64,000 bases of DNA from Chiloscyllium plagiosum (lineage: Eukaryota): the NCBI RefSeq assembly GCF_004010195.1, contig NC_057718.1, positions 36,006,501-36,070,500 of the forward strand, read 5' to 3'. Shown in pieces: positions 63,571-64,000 of the stretch (within the stretch, counting starts at the first letter, position 1; each line of letters begins with the position of its first letter). The notes beneath the pieces were generated by a model that was not told the DNA's origin, did not search any database, and saw nothing but the letters and a program-made list of their open reading frames with translations. The translations under genes were made by a program, and so were the position numbers.

Positions 63571-64000
63571 ACTATTCTGGAAGAAAGGACTTTCAATGTG
63601 GTACTCCCAGAAGATTGGTAAAGGCTGTTTCATGTAAATTTATAAAAGGAATTATTTCAATTTTGAAATTTTGCAAGAGGTCCTGAGAGAATAACCCAAA
63701 TAGCATGTGCATTTTTCAATTAAAAAGGTGGAATTGTTTGATATTTCTAGTGGTTCGCCTTTGTCTTGCTGCATAGAACTCATAGGATTCTCCTAGATAC
63801 CTAGGCTTTGGCTTTTATATGGGTACAGTGCATTGGATAGAGCAGGGACAACAAGACTTTCCTGTTCGTAATGGCAGAGACTCAGTTATATACAAATTCG
63901 TGAATCCTTCCCCAAAACCCAACTAGGCTCATGACCTGGCTGGTTGGTGAAGGTGGAAATTTGGCTTTGGGAGACATCAACGATCTGTGAGCAGTAGGTT

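Overview
Vertebrate, repeat-rich intergenic or intronic DNA from a cartilaginous fish (shark): it carries HE1-type V-SINEs and their partner CR1/HER1-type LINEs. I found no convincing host protein-coding gene. The longer ORFs in the track that I can recognise are transposon relics or their antisense frames. The window holds many CR1 LINE fragments (two long ORF2 copies, one nested in an older CR1), a 5' half of an L1/Tx1-clade LINE fused to a CR1 3' half, Harbinger DNA-transposon relics (a transposase and a spliced Myb/SANT partner gene), at least five SINE families, microsatellites and one assembly gap. The most interesting signal is a set of Penelope-like (GIY-YIG) elements and short non-coding hairpin derivatives. 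They share inverted termini, a one-sided 36-40 nt tail, 13-15 bp target-site duplications and minimal hammerhead ribozyme motifs; one motif (18752-18791, minus strand) has an intact catalytic core. All family assignments come from motif recognition, not database searches.
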